The notes under the pieces are model-generated. The model had not been told where the DNA came from, searched no databases, and worked only from the letters and a program-made list of their open reading frames with translations. A stretch of 64,000 bases of DNA, from the NCBI GenBank assembly GCA_965649765.1, contig OZ287753.1, positions 16,678,001 through 16,742,000 on the forward strand, given 5' to 3'. The DNA comes from Bispira polyomma (taxonomy: Eukaryota). Numbering within the stretch: position 1 is the stretch's first letter; each line of letters starts with the position of its first letter. Position numbers and translations under genes: made by a program. This document shows positions 22,801-34,300 of this stretch, in pieces.

Positions 22801-25599
22801 AGGGAAAGTTTGGCCAAAATCGGTCACTTGGGGTATTTTGGCACTCTATCGATGACCTTGAATAAGGAGATTCAAGGTCAAATATCTACATGCTTCTAAG
22901 AACATAAATATCCATTACACATATCACCCGTAAAGAGATTTGAATTTGAATTTGGATATTTAACGTCCACTCTAGTACCTTTTAGTAGGTTATATTGGGA
23001 CGGGTAGTTGGAAACGCTGGAGGAAACACTGCATACAGTCGGTCAAGGATCTGCAGAGAAACCAGCGGCCCACAGTAAGGAACTACCACCTTTCCCACAT
23101 AGGCATCGACGGGATTCGAACTCACGCCGCCCAGAGGTGAGAGATTAGTGATTGTGAAGCGCAATGCTTGCTAACCACTAGGCCACCGTGGCCCCACCTG
23201 TAAAGAGATTCAACCTTCTACAGCTGAGAAACAGACACAGTTAAAAGCCTGATTATTTTCAAAGAAACGCCCGTGGCAGCCATGTTGTTTGTCAAAATGA
23301 GGCTAAAATTACTCTCAGGCAAGCTTTTGTAATAAATAACATTTCCTGTAAATTTCAGGAACCTAGGTGTCACAGTTTTTGCAGGAGAGTGGTAACGGTA
23401 AAATCTCTGCACACAATGACTTGGCCGCGGCCGCGTAACAATGATTGATCCATAGTTTTCGGTGGATACAATAAGAAACATAAAAGTGAAAACAACTGAT
23501 AAGGACCCCAAAATGGACAATGTTACCTTAAAACGGGAAAGAGACTTTGTGTTTCCTTTGTAAAACCTACTAGGAAAGCTGGATCTAGAGCTTTCTCTAT
23601 TGCTGCCCGTATGTTATGGAATGGTCTCTTGGAACTTGGATCACTTAAAACACTTTTGGTATTAGGAAGATACATTTTAGAAGATGCCTCGCATCAATAA
23701 GGCGCATTAAAAATAAAAAATCCGATACAATGTTAGAAAGGCTTTAATAGTTAAACATTTAGCATTTGGTTACATACTGGGCCACCTGCAAATTTATAAA
23801 ATACTATCATATTAGGGTAACATTCTGAACACTAACCACACAAGAAACATATACTGCATGATGTGTCGTGTGTCATGATGAGTTGTATTGGATACACAAT
23901 AGTTTTTCAACTGATACAGTTATTATATTTTTATTTGTTGTCAGTATTTCCCTTCCAGATGCCAGCTAAGACCTACCACCCAGCACTTTGCCTACCTACT
24001 ACCAATGTGTGTTATTGTCCTGTTCAATATGCTGGTTTATATCAGGGTTTTAAAGGAAATCCTTGCTGTAAGGGAATTAGCAGGTGAAGGTTCTTTTATG
24101 ACCAGGCTACAGTGAAACAAACAAAAGCACATAGCAGCTATCTTTTGAAAAAAAAACAAGAAATGGCATGTTACTCCTAAAAAAGTCATTATTGTCATCA
24201 TTAAGATTGGTATTTCTAAAATTTAGATCAGTAATCATTTGCACAAATTCAATCAATAAGAGAACATTCAATTAATATTAGAAACTGCCAATGGTTTTTG
24301 CATAATATTGCTTTCTTTTGGGAACCGGGCGCCAGTTTGTTCTAATTTTGGTTAGTGACTTATTGTAGGTGGCCGTGCAGCCCAAAATAAACAGAAACTG
24401 GTCAAGGTAGTTGGTGCCATGGCAACATTAGTACTACTTGGATTACCCTGGGCATTCAGTATATTTGCAGTTATAGATCCATCAGGAGACGCAAAACTTG
24501 ACACAACAGAGACTGTATTTCAGGTATTGGGCATTTATTTACTCTTCAAATAAACTTTTCAAACATACACCGTTGTAACTTATATCTTTATGAAAATACA
24601 AAAATTTATATATTTTTCTGAAATTTATTCATAATATATTTTCTCATAAATTCTAAAACTGATGTCATATATTTCATTTTGAAATATCGACAGTTAATGT
24701 ATTTACCGTTAATATTTTATTTTCATACAGGTTCAAAATGTTGTGGGCTCAACAGGGAAGTTCTGTAACTTTGTGGATGCTTCATGCCCCCACTTTATAA
24801 CAAAGATATAATTTTCCCAACTTTTACAAAATGCACTAATTAGTGATTTGCAGCCAAAGCTCGAAAAAATTAAACTCATTTACAATTTTTGAACCATGCT
24901 TCTAAGCTCTGTAATAAGATCACACTGGTTCCTATTGTAGTTGCAGGTTTCTAAGTTGTAATGATAATACACTGGTTCCTGTTGTTAATGTAGGTTTCGG
25001 AGAACTGTAATAATATTACACTGGTTTCTGTTGTAGATGCAAATTTCCAAGAACTGTAATATTATTACACTGGTTCCCATTGTTGATGTAGGTTTTTGAG
25101 CTCTGTAATAATTATAAATGTACACTGTTTCCCGTATCAGTAGAAGCAGGTTTTTCACAACTGCAAATAATATTAAACTGGTTGCCATTGTAGAAGCACG
25201 TTTCTAAGCTCCGTAATAATATTACAATTGTTCCTGTTGTAGATAAACGTTTCTGGGCTGTGCAATAATATTACACTGGTTCCTGTATCAGTAGAAGCAG
25301 GTTTCTGAGAATGGTAATAATATTACAATGGTTGCCATTTTAGAAGCAGGTTTCTAAGCTATGTAATACTATTACACTGGTTTCCTTTTTAGGCCCTGTT
25401 TGTAGTGTTTGTCAACCTCCAGGGAGTGTTTCTATTTCTCTTCCACTGTGCACGCAGTGTCAAGGTCAGACAAGCCTGGAAAACTGTCTTCTCTGGGACT
25501 TCAACCACTGGAACCGGGAGTTCTGGAAAGGAGCATAATGCCACCGGCAGTGGAAACAGGAAGACTGCAGAAAACAAGCCCGACTCTGCACATATATAG
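7822..25599 (+). CDS. Adhesion GPCR paralog A (signal peptide-HRM-GAIN-7TM, ADGRG-like 7TM), ~844 aa
   Basis: Coding exons: 7822-8017, 9674-9921 (HRM: LC..WPET..CP..WREC..W..C), 10961-11232, 12319-12403, 13319-13469, 14190-14599, 15854-15887 (micro-exon, weak donor, least certain), 17150-17244 (GPS WTSGLC..CECSDHRLF), 17613-17690, 17973-18073 (TM1), 19009-19143 (TM2 ILIHLCVSL), 20236-20363 (TM3 WNATEAVNLYLMLV.VFN), 20865-20979 (TM4), 23959-24083 (TM5), 24369-24523 (TM6 LLGLPW), 25393-25599 (TM7 NLQGVFLFLFHC). All introns are GT-AG with compatible phases; total 2535 nt. AATAAA at 25692. Confidence 0.9.
9200..9447. mobile_element. Degenerate Helentron/HINE-like non-autonomous element
   Basis: Starts ..AGAGTCCAGACCTTTGTCAAGG and ends AAAACCTCCTTGGGAAGTGGT (degenerate subterminal inverted pair), with internal CCACCAAATTTCAT. 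The architecture resembles the element at 21796-23474. Confidence 0.4.
11885..12215 (-). mobile_element. tRNA-derived SINE with L2-type 3' tail
   Basis: Minus strand shows box A GTGGTCTAGCGG, box B GGTTCGATCC, core CCCTTGGATAAGGTACTT..TATAAATGGGTACCTGG, and tail ACGCTTTGAG..AAAGCGTTACATAAATGC..(TACATT)n. A degenerate + copy lies at ~48670-48890. Confidence 0.75.
15135..15320. mobile_element. Tc1/mariner-pogo (Tigger-like) MITE
   Basis: TIRs CAGTAGAGACTCTATTAT and, reverse-complemented, CAGTATAACCTCTATTAT; flanked by TA on both sides. Confidence 0.7.
16432..16981. mobile_element. PIF/Harbinger-type MITE
   Basis: TIRs TGCCGTGGTCACACT and revcomp TGCTGTGATCACACT; 3-bp direct TSD TTA at 16429-16431 and 16982-16984; internal palindrome AAATTTTGTGCTGCTCAAAATTT. 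Confidence 0.7.
18092..19008. repeat. ~43-bp minisatellite in gene A TM1-TM2 intron (interrupted ~18680-18920)
   Basis: Unit ~TATTATCAATTAACCATGTATACAACTGATAAATTGATACATC, roughly 13 copies plus 2 more. The last copy runs into the TM2 exon acceptor. Confidence 0.85.
19263..19458. mobile_element. Foldback/MITE-like inverted repeat element
   Basis: TTAGTCTTAACTTAGTTTTAAGCTT at the left end and AAGCTTAAGACTAAGTTAAGACTAA at the right end. Confidence 0.55.
19866..20149. mobile_element. MITE with TAG(C/T)CTGGG termini
   Basis: TAGTCTGGGCTTCCTTTTAGCA at left and TGCTGAAAGGAAGCCCAGGCTA at right (22-bp imperfect TIR); CpG-richer interior than the flanks. Confidence 0.65.
20990..21230 (-). mobile_element. 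Old tRNA-SINE copy (core related to the young SINE family)
   Basis: Minus strand reads GGTTTCGATTCTC..GCATGTGGTAAAACTT..TGGTTTACAGAGCAGAAAACCTTGAC..TGTTGAAAATGTCAATAAACCCAAAC. Related pieces at ~9490-9580 (+), ~21280-21660 (+, split by a MITE) and ~44355-44480 (-). Confidence 0.55.
21328..21563. mobile_element. MITE with ~45-bp TIRs nested in a SINE remnant
   Basis: GCCCGTATTCACGAACGTAAACTCAGCTTAAACTCATACGCAACT versus revcomp GCTGGTATTCTCGAACGTATACCTAGCTTAAACTCATACTCAACT. Confidence 0.7.
21965..22885. repeat. ~147-bp tandem repeat (about 6 copies, some deleted) inside the Helentron-type element
   Basis: Unit includes ATAGGTTGGTTT..CCAAACCTGT..GCACTTTTAAGTTTGGCC..TTTGACCTTGAACGAGGGGCCAAAGGTCAAATC..AAAAGATTCCCAGCCCATGATTTCCT. 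Spacing 22356 to 22503 is 147. Confidence 0.85.
22941..23195 (-). mobile_element. Young full-length tRNA-derived SINE (copy 1)
   Basis: Box A TGGCCTAGTGG, box B GTTCGAATCC, (AAATTC)n tail. 15-bp TSD ACC[C/T]GTAAAGAGATT at 22926-22940 and 23196-23210. Near-identical to 28902-29162. Confidence 0.9.
24901..25392. repeat. ~49-bp minisatellite (10 copies) ending at the gene A TM7 exon acceptor
   Basis: Unit ~TCTAAGCTCTGTAATAATATTACACTGGTTCCTGTTGTAGAAGCAGGTT. Confidence 0.85.
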
Positions 25600-25797
25600 C
25601 AAAGCATGGAGTATATTGGGAACCACTGGATTTTGTTTAACTAGTTGTTCATATGCTATTACACTAACCACCCCTCTCTGCTGTCCTGCACAATAAACTG
25701 TGCATCACTTATATTCTTGGGGGAAGAATAATGTCACTGGTAGTGGAAGCAAGATATTGTACCAACTATAGAAAAGCAGTTGGATTCGGTAGACCAT

Positions 25798-25799
<2 letters not shown>

Positions 25800-25838
<39 letters not shown>
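25800..25838. repeat. (TA)n microsatellite
   Basis: Directly visible; lies at the left edge of DIRS element 2. Confidence 0.9.
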
Positions 25839-25842
<4 letters not shown>

Positions 25843-25849
25843 ATAGATG

Positions 25850-28800
25850 AATCATTAATTTTGGCTTAAGAAGCGTAATCAGTTAGAGAAGGGTAGCGGA
25901 TCCAGACCTGTGAGTGTGGCCCCCGGGAAGACAAAGAAGAAACAGACACCTCAGGAAGACGTGGAAGAAGCCCAGGCACCTGGACACAAACTGGACATTA
26001 TTCACAATAAGTTGCAAAAGTTTGAGGAGGATATGACAGAGGAAGGCAGACTTTAGTGCTAAAGTTGCTTTACCTTCACATAGTTCGCCAGTGAGTCGGA
26101 GTTATGCCCAGGATACTGACCCAGCTTTAAACCCTGTTCGCAGGCATTTATGAGATTCTCACTATGACAATGATTTCCATCGGGATGATGTGCATGAGCA
26201 AGATGACGATATACTGCCTAGTCAGAGATATCTCAGGACTAACGATAACATTTAAACCCAGATCGATCGATGTTTGCAGAGGCACAGACGCCAGTATCTT
26301 TAATCACCAGAACAGGGTAAGCCTAAGATAAAGTCGGTTTTGCATAGAACTGCTGGGAACTGTGTCAAGCATATCGTAAATTGGCCACATGAACTCTGTT
26401 ACATAACTTCAACTAATAAACAGCCCTCATATGATGAACTGACACTCATCATGTGGTTTCAAGGTTATTTGGCTTGTGTTTATGAAGAAAAGAGTAGTCG
26501 TATTCGAGATAACATGCTGAAGTACGGCATGCAGCTGATGCGCATTACCCTTGAGACCTCCTGGTACACTGTCAAAACAGCCCATTACCAGCTCCTGTTG
26601 GAGATGGAAAAAGGCAAGATAAATTGGGAAGACAGTCGTGATGTCCACGATCTCCGGTTAACTCAATCCACCTCCTGGTACACTCTTAAACAGCCCATTC
26701 CCAGCTCCTGTTGGAGATGGAAAAGGGTAGTAAGCTCCAGGTTAACTCAATGCACCCTTAAAGATGAAAGCAAATGGGCTGGGGGCAGTGATAAGAGTAA
26801 GGGGAAAAGTACCACTGTAATGTGTAGTGAATATAACAAGGGCACGTGTAGTCAGGCTGAAGATCACATTTTTGGCAATATGATTCTCAAGCATGCTTGC
26901 TTAAAATGCCATAACATGGGAAAACAATTTCAATCAATTTCTCAAATTGATCCACTGTGACAAAAACAAGGGTCACAATAAAGATTTTAACAAGGGTAGT
27001 CAAAACTTGAGTTTTCTGGAATAAGGCTTATTGCACTTCTTAAAATTTAGTTTCCAAAAATTTGACCAGGGTTCTATAAATAAAAAGTTTCTTAAAAAAT
27101 GTGAAAATGTTGAATCTGTAAAGAGTATGTTAAAGAACTGTAATGATAAAATTGTTGCAAAAAGTGTACTTCCTTTGTAAATATAATGTGTCATCCTGCA
27201 TCAAGTGAAACTGTTGTGTGTAAAGATGTCAGGGCTGAGAACAGTTCACGGCCTGTTTGTCCTAGGGGAAAGTTGTGCGCCTTCCAAGTTATAATGTTCA
27301 TTGTTTTAAGGGCAAACCCCTTTTGTTCCACCCCTGTGGTGATTTCAGAGCCTGGTGCCAGCACCACTCATTTCAATTAAAGGGAAAATTACAGTCAGGG
27401 CGAACCCCTTTGTGAGGCCTTGACCTGTAGTATAAAACCTAAAGAATTGCCTGTCAAGGGTGATTGTGACGTAATTGACGTAGGCAAAAATTCAAGTGAG
27501 AACTTTGGCTTTGTGTGTCTGTATAACGAGGTGTTGCACGTCAAGGGGGGAAGTAATCCCATAGAGTATGACTTACTTGAAGATTCGGCTATTAACTCAT
27601 CAGAAAGTTCACTCATTTGATTGCCATAATTACTTGGGTGCTAGGGTCTCTGTGCCCTCTCAATTAAACAAAGCCAATTGGTGAACTGTGTTAAAAGGGG
27701 ATCAGGATTTGGGATTACCTGAGTATTTGGAGTTTGGGTTCCCCCTTGACTTCAATGCTGAGGGCTTTGTGTTCAATGAAAAGGTGAAAAACCATGACAG
27801 TGCCATGGAATATCCAGTTGATGTAGATAAGTATTTTGTCACTAAGCTCCCACATAAGGCTATTGCTGGTCCTTTTCAGGTGAGGCCCTTCAACCAGATG
27901 CAGTTTTCTCCTGTCATGACACGTCCCAAGGACGATCAGAGTAGGCGTATTATTATTGACCTTTTATGGCCCCATGACGCCCCCTCTGTAAATAGTCATG
28001 TGAGTAATGTAATATATGACGGCCTCGACTTCAGTCTTACTCTCATAACTATTGACATGATGGTAGAACGTATTAATGAAATTGGCCCCTCTGCTAAGTT
28101 GTACAAGATCGACTTGTCCCGCACGTTTAGAAATATAAGGATAGATCCTGATTGCTACCAATATGCGAGTTAAAGTTGGAAGAGATACACTTTTGTGGAC
28201 CTTGCAGTCATGATGGGCTACAAACATGGCACCGTTATATGTGAGCGTATCACAGATAATATACATCGCCTTATGAGTCAAAAAACATTTAAGATCTGGA
28301 ATTATATAGATGACCTAGTGTCTGTGGAGCCTTGTGGAAAGGCTAGTTCCTCATTTTAGCATTTGTACCAATTAATTTAATTTCTTGGTCTCCCAATTAA
28401 CCCTAATAAGGTCTGTGAGCCGGCTGAGGCAGTAGCATGTATATGGATACTTGTTAATGCTCGTACTATTATGTTAACAATATCCGCTGATAAACTGACA
28501 TCCATACAGGAGGAGTGTAAATAATGGAGGGGTAAAACCCAGTGTACACAAAGACAACTTCAGTCCTTATTGACAAAGTTATTATATGTTCATAGGTGTG
28601 TCCACCCTGCAAGGCTGTTTCTCAACAGAATGCTTAAATTACTAAGGGACACTTATCCTCAGAAGACAATAACCCTAACAAATGATTTCAGCAGTATCAC
28701 CTCGATGCTGATTTGTAGATTTCTGTTATTTCATGTTCTCCTCTGCAAAAATACCTAACGAATGCTGCCCAGGCCAGATTAGAAACTGCTTTGACACCAA

Positions 28801-30450
28801 AAACAAATCAAGCATATAGCAAGTGTGTTAGGCTTTTGTTAGCTTTCTCTATATTCATGGGAAATACATGTATCGTGTCACTTCAATTTCTGCTCCAATT
28901 TGGAGCCGCAGTGGCCTAGTGGTTAGCAAGCATTGCGCTTCACAATCACTGGTCTCTCACCTCTGGGTGGCGTGAGTTCGAATCCGGTCGATGCCTATGT
29001 GGGAAAGGTGGTAGTTCCTTACTGTGGGCCGCTGGTTGCTCTGCAGAACCTTGACCGACTGTATGAAGTGTTTCCTCCAGCATTTCCAACTACCCGTCCC
29101 AATATAACTTACTGAAAGGTACTAGAGTGAACGTTAAATATCCAAATTAAAAAAAAATCAAATTCTGCTCCAATTTATGGAGTATTTAGACCAGCAGGGG
29201 CTCAAGCCCCCCTCAATTCAAAATTACATTTCTGCTATAAAGCACCAGTTCCACTTGTGGGACTATCCAACCGGGGTCTTTGCTCACGCCTAGATTAGAC
29301 TCTTCCTAAAATCTCTAGCTCTCTCAACCCCTTACACCCTACAGCTTAAAGGGATAATAACCCTCCCAATACTTAGGGCTATTGTTCATCAGTGTAAAGG
29401 TGTTTCACATTCTTATGTGTACAAGGCTTTGTTTTTAACAGCCTTCTTTGGTTTTTTTAGATTGTCTAATTTAGTACCTTCAAGTGTGTCCCAATTTGAC
29501 CCAGAGCGACATCGCATCCGTGACGATTTCATGTGGGGCCCACCTGGGGTGCATGTCATATTATTTTGGCCACAAATTTGCAGAAATACAACCAGTACCA
29601 TGAGGTCCAGATTCTCTCTTTGGGCTGTTGAGAGCTTTACCCTGTGTCTGCCCTCAAAATGATGTTTAGAATAAAAAACAACTATTTAAATTCACAGGTA
29701 TTCGTGGGTAAACTGGGCAACTAGCTTTTACCCCTCACTGCTTATAAAGTGTGACGCAGATTGAGGGAAATTGTTGTTAAATTGTCACTAAATCCTGCTT
29801 CATTTACATTTCATGCCTTTTGTAGGTCGGGAGCCAGCCTGGCTTTTGATAACAATGTTAAACTTTAGTCAATAATCGCTCATGGTGGCTGGAGGTCTTC
29901 AGCTGTGTGGTCTACCTGCAGTCTACTCCTAATGCTTCGGATACAGTGGCCCATTCCCTACAGCACATCATAGCTACCAATATGGCATTTTGGCATTTTA
30001 TATATATACCTAATATGTACACATAGTTTAACTATCATTGAAGTTTGTATAAATATAAAAACCTTAAAGTTTACCTTAAAACAAGGTACCCTAAAGGTAA
30101 CCTTACATTAATTTAAATAACGTTAGGAGGGGGACCTTAAAGAAAGGGAAACACCCGTCTTAAACTCAAGTGAAGGTCACCATAGTTCCAAATTTTATGC
30201 TCACCTGAGATAAGGTGTGGGGTTGACCTTTAAGTAAACTTAAAACTGTAAATAACATAGCTTGATGTTGTAATATTACTAATGTACTAATGAATATAGA
30301 TTTAAGAACAAATGCCCAAATATGCAGAAACATTAAATCTGGTCTATTACTGGCTTCAATCATAAACAGGCTTCCATCCAACTTTTAAGCCCTTGTCCTT
30401 AGACGGAGGCCAATTGTCAGCATTTGTATGATTATTGTGGATAGTAATTA
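25850..30450 (+). mobile_element. DIRS-order (Ngaro/DIRS-like) tyrosine-recombinase retrotransposon 2, degenerate
   Basis: Gag 26340..26960 (NWPHE..PSYDELT..CSEYNKGTC..H..KHACLKC). RT 27688-28690 (FSPVMTRPKDDQSRRIIIDL, KIDLSRTFRNIRIDP, NYIDD at ~28300). Tyrosine recombinase ~28740-29980 (FLTAFFGFFRLSNLVP; FTFHAFCRSGAS..HGGWRSSAV). Many stops and frameshifts; the termini are approximate. Confidence 0.88.
28902..29162 (+). mobile_element. Young full-length tRNA-derived SINE (copy 2) inserted in the DIRS recombinase ORF
   Basis: Box A and box B present; perfect 14-bp TSD TTCTGCTCCAATTT at 28888-28901 and 29163-29176. Confidence 0.92.
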
Positions 30451-31318
30451 AGGTTTATTGTAAATATAATTAATGCTATTTGGTGTCAACACCAAAATGG
30501 AATTGAAACAATTATGTAAAGAGTCTCAGTGTCAATAAAGAGTTTTATTTCCACACAGTGTTTAATTTTTACATGCTGGTTATATGAAGTACTATTTGTG
30601 TGACCTCTATTATTATTTATTCTATTAGAGTGATGTGTATTAAATTACAACATCCAAACACAAACAAAATTACATACAAAGTACTTAGCCATCTATTGGG
30701 CATATATGTCATTATAAACCTGTAATAAAATAGGTGTGAATGGTGAATTGGTTACAATAGGAAAAACATATTACAATAATAAGTGCTAATTGCACCACAA
30801 ATATAGACAAAACTTTTTTTCACCAAATTTATATACATAACATGCAATTTATTCAATATCTGTGACTCAAAGCTCAGGTATGTCGAAAATTAGTGTCGGT
30901 ACGTGAGGGTACTAAAAGGTCTAAAATTTTCACTTCTCAAAAATTGGATTATGATTGATTTTTAAAAGGTATTCTTGTTCACTGTAAATTTTTGTTTTAA
31001 AAAAACCTGAAAAGTGATGGGGTTTAAGGGTTTAGTTTGTAATAGAGATTGAAAAATATTTGGTACTCTTTACAAAGCCTACAGAGGTTATCTTAAGTTT
31101 TTGCTATTTTAAACAATAAACTTTTTGTACCCAAAATTAAGTGCAGCACCCGATACTGGAACAAAATAAGATTATTATACACTTTTCCCATTTTTAGGGG
31201 CAAATATTTGCCCCAGATTTTTTTCCCATTTAGTATTTGCAAATACAAAACGTTTGTTACTTAGCCTGAGTCAAGTTTTCACAAACTTAATAATAATGCA
31301 CAACATTCCGATATATCT

Positions 31319-34300
31319 TCATGCTTTGAGTTGGTTTGCCATGTCCACATTATCAGATTTTGTTGATCCATTGGTAATGCCTGAAGAAGTGGTGGGACTC
31401 CTCATTATGTAAACATTCAGCAGAGATTTCCAGCAGGCTCTGATGTCAGGGTTACGAACACAGTGGAAGAAAAAGATAAATAGACCTTGCAAGCTGATGC
31501 ACACCACAAAGACTACCTGTATCAATAGAATGTAGGATTTAGATTCTGTTTTATTTATTACATCAATCAAAACACTTGTTAAACAACTGATACAGCACCT
31601 ACTAAACATCATCAAGACATGATTTTATTGAATAACCCAACTGATATATTATTTGTAACTTATCAAACTTCCTAGGTAAGTATTATATTAAGACATTAAT
31701 TCTTTTAATCACAGCTTTGTTTACCTGAATAACAATCTCCAGTCTAGAAAGGTGATTGTTAATGTTGGCATCCACCACACCAAAAGCACTGAACAGCCAA
31801 GGTACTCCAAGTAGTACCAATATTGATAGAGCTCCCACTACTTGTGATTGTTTACTCTTTTTCTTTGCTATTGATTACAGAGAGAACAACATTTCAATTT
31901 ACACCAACACCTATATGTCTAGCAGATAACAACCTTTAGGCAACATATTTGGTAATGATACACAGATTTTGAGGAATATCCCCACAGACGTAGATGTGTT
32001 ATTATATGGATGATCTAATTGGAGATTTAAAAATTATCTAGTGTATTTGCAGTATTAAGTGAGATACCTGTACTTATTGCTCCTTCTCTGCCTAATTGAA
32101 TGATGACTCTGAGGACTAGACAGAAGATAATGATGTTGTGGACCAGAATGATGGACATTGGTACCACAAAACCATAGAGCAAGGTGTTTGTCCTCAGCTG
32201 ACACCTGCATATAGATAGGAATGCATGAAGTTTAAGTTAGGCTGACACCTGCAAATTTGTAGGAAAGTCTGAAGATTAATATATACAACACAGATAAATT
32301 TTCAGAAAAGCAGAATAAAGTGTATTGCAATAGATGATATAAATACAACTTGCCATAAATTGTGTTACACCTATGCTGTACATTTATTGAATAATTAAAT
32401 AATTTTATATTTTTTGATAAACACTTACAATGCTTACATTAATCAATAACGGATGACATACAATGAAATGCATATTTTGACTTTGTAGACCTGACTAATT
32501 AAGAAATAGAGATTTTTGACGATTTACCTGAAGGAGCATGTGCCTTTTCCTTCATCATCAAGGGAAAGTATTACATATTGTCCATGAAAAGCCTTGTAGT
32601 TCACTGCCTCACATACACCCACCATCAATATGGGAACACCTTGTTCAAATGAAACTAAATGTAATACAACTTCACCACAAATATGAAGTCTTATTTCAGT
32701 AAAACTTGACAAAATAATGATAAACTTTCATAGTACTAGTATATTTTAATTTATTCCACAAGAACATTATGATTTTTACTAGGGTTCTCATCGTGTAGTT
32801 TACCCACATATTTTAAATCACAAAGGTCTCTCTAGGAAATTAGAAGCAAACTAAAACCCATCTCATTAACCTGGACAATCGATGAGGACAACTTGGCTAT
32901 ATATTAGAATCCTGAAGTATTTTGTATAAGTCATAGATAGTAGACTTTAGAAGATTCTTTCATCAATAGTGAACAAATCTATATGAACAATACTATTGAT
33001 TAAGATACTTACCCCAAGCTACTACAGTGGCCTTTAGCTTGAACCTGGATATGGTATCATTAAAGACCCTCACCAGCATTAGGTACATGTTGAAGCCTTC
33101 TATGCCATTCCACAGTAAACTTACGAATATTGTGTAGTATCTATGGATTACAGGTGATGTAATTTACAAGGTTAAATCAAATAACTTGATATCTTTAAAC
33201 TACTATGAGATCAAGTGGAAGCGAAGACACATGCTAGATATAATGTTGTAGACAGAATATTTGGGAAAAGAGGATTAACATATTAAAGTAATATATGATA
33301 CAAAAGTACACATACCACGTGCAGCAATTAAGTTAAAAGTACATGGTAGCCACGGTTTACTTTCATATTTTCAAAGTAAAATTTTATCAGTGTTGCTGGT
33401 GAAACGTACACCTAGTTGTGTAAAATGAAGTGCTGAAAATAAAATTTACCTTATGGCATTTGCAACACTGCAGCCAACAGTATCATGTGCAAAACTATCC
33501 AAAGTGAAAGTGAAACTAATTAACATAATTAGTGAAAGGCAGAGGTGAATTAATATCCATGTTGGAATACCTCGACGTGCATTCCTGTAAAAGAAAGCAA
33601 TTCCACTATAACTGAATGTTTAAATTGTTTACCTTAGTAACCAATAATGCTTAAAATTGCAGCATTGTGTACTGTTATGTGAGGTAGCATTGTGAACTGT
33701 TATACAATACATTAAAATGTTATAGATATATTCGGCTATTTGTGCTATCTGTTAAATAATTTTTGTACAAGAGGCAAATCATTTACTTAAAGATATGCTG
33801 TTAGAAATGGCGAGTCTTTAGCCTATGTCCCACAAACATGGAATTGTTAAGAATGACAAGGAATGGGGTTACACATTGCAGTTTTCTAATACATGTGTAT
33901 TCGGTGAAGAATCAGACAAGTTTTTAAATATTGAGAGGATTGTGTTTCAAATAGCGAAGAAAATTAATAAACACGAATACTCATGGATGCTGTTGGATTG
34001 GCAATAATTATGTTATTCAGAGCAACGAATTATCAACAGAAATCAGATATACTAATGATCACAGAAAGTCCTGAATAACAAAAATACATCCAGTCACATT
34101 TGCGGTATGATCGCTATAGAATGCTATGGTTGGAACATGATCATGGCCCTACCATTTAGCAGTTTTAAAGAGGCTTAAAACTATTGTCGTGCTTGTTGAT
34201 TAAAACAAAATATTCCGGTTTGTTCAAGTTTCTATACTAACTGGTTTCATTTAAGAATGACCAAGGTTTACTATGATTTCTAATTCAGGGTAAACCATAA

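Larger units (their letters stand above)
21796..23474 (-). mobile_element. Non-autonomous Helentron (HINE/DINE-1-like) carrying an internal tandem array and a nested SINE
   Basis: Asymmetric subTIRs TGTATCCACCAGAAA (21832-21846) and TTTCGGTGGATACA (23457-23470). Minus-strand 3' end has hairpin GCATTGG-TTCT-CCGATGC followed by ..CTAGTT. Confidence 0.75.

Noticed and set aside
22982-23164. Near-identical 60-aa ORFs at 22982..23164 and 28933..29115 suggesting a small protein family
   Set aside because: Both lie within copies of the same tRNA-derived SINE with TSDs and start at TTG; the similarity reflects repeat identity.
18092-25392. Regularly spaced repeats as a possible CRISPR array
   Set aside because: Units are contiguous, degenerate tandem copies without unique spacers; the context is eukaryotic introns and no cas genes are present.
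25721-25760. Degenerate copy of the gene A C-tail sequence (..ATAATGTCACTGGTAGTGGAAGC) suggesting an alternative C-terminus
   Set aside because: It is short, lies downstream of the stop and AATAAA, and has no supporting acceptor or open frame.
28902-29000. tRNA-like sequence with CT-TCA-CA (possible tRNA-Sec or opal suppressor)
   Set aside because: The anticodon and acceptor stems do not pair, and the sequence continues into a SINE body with tail and TSD; it is a SINE head.
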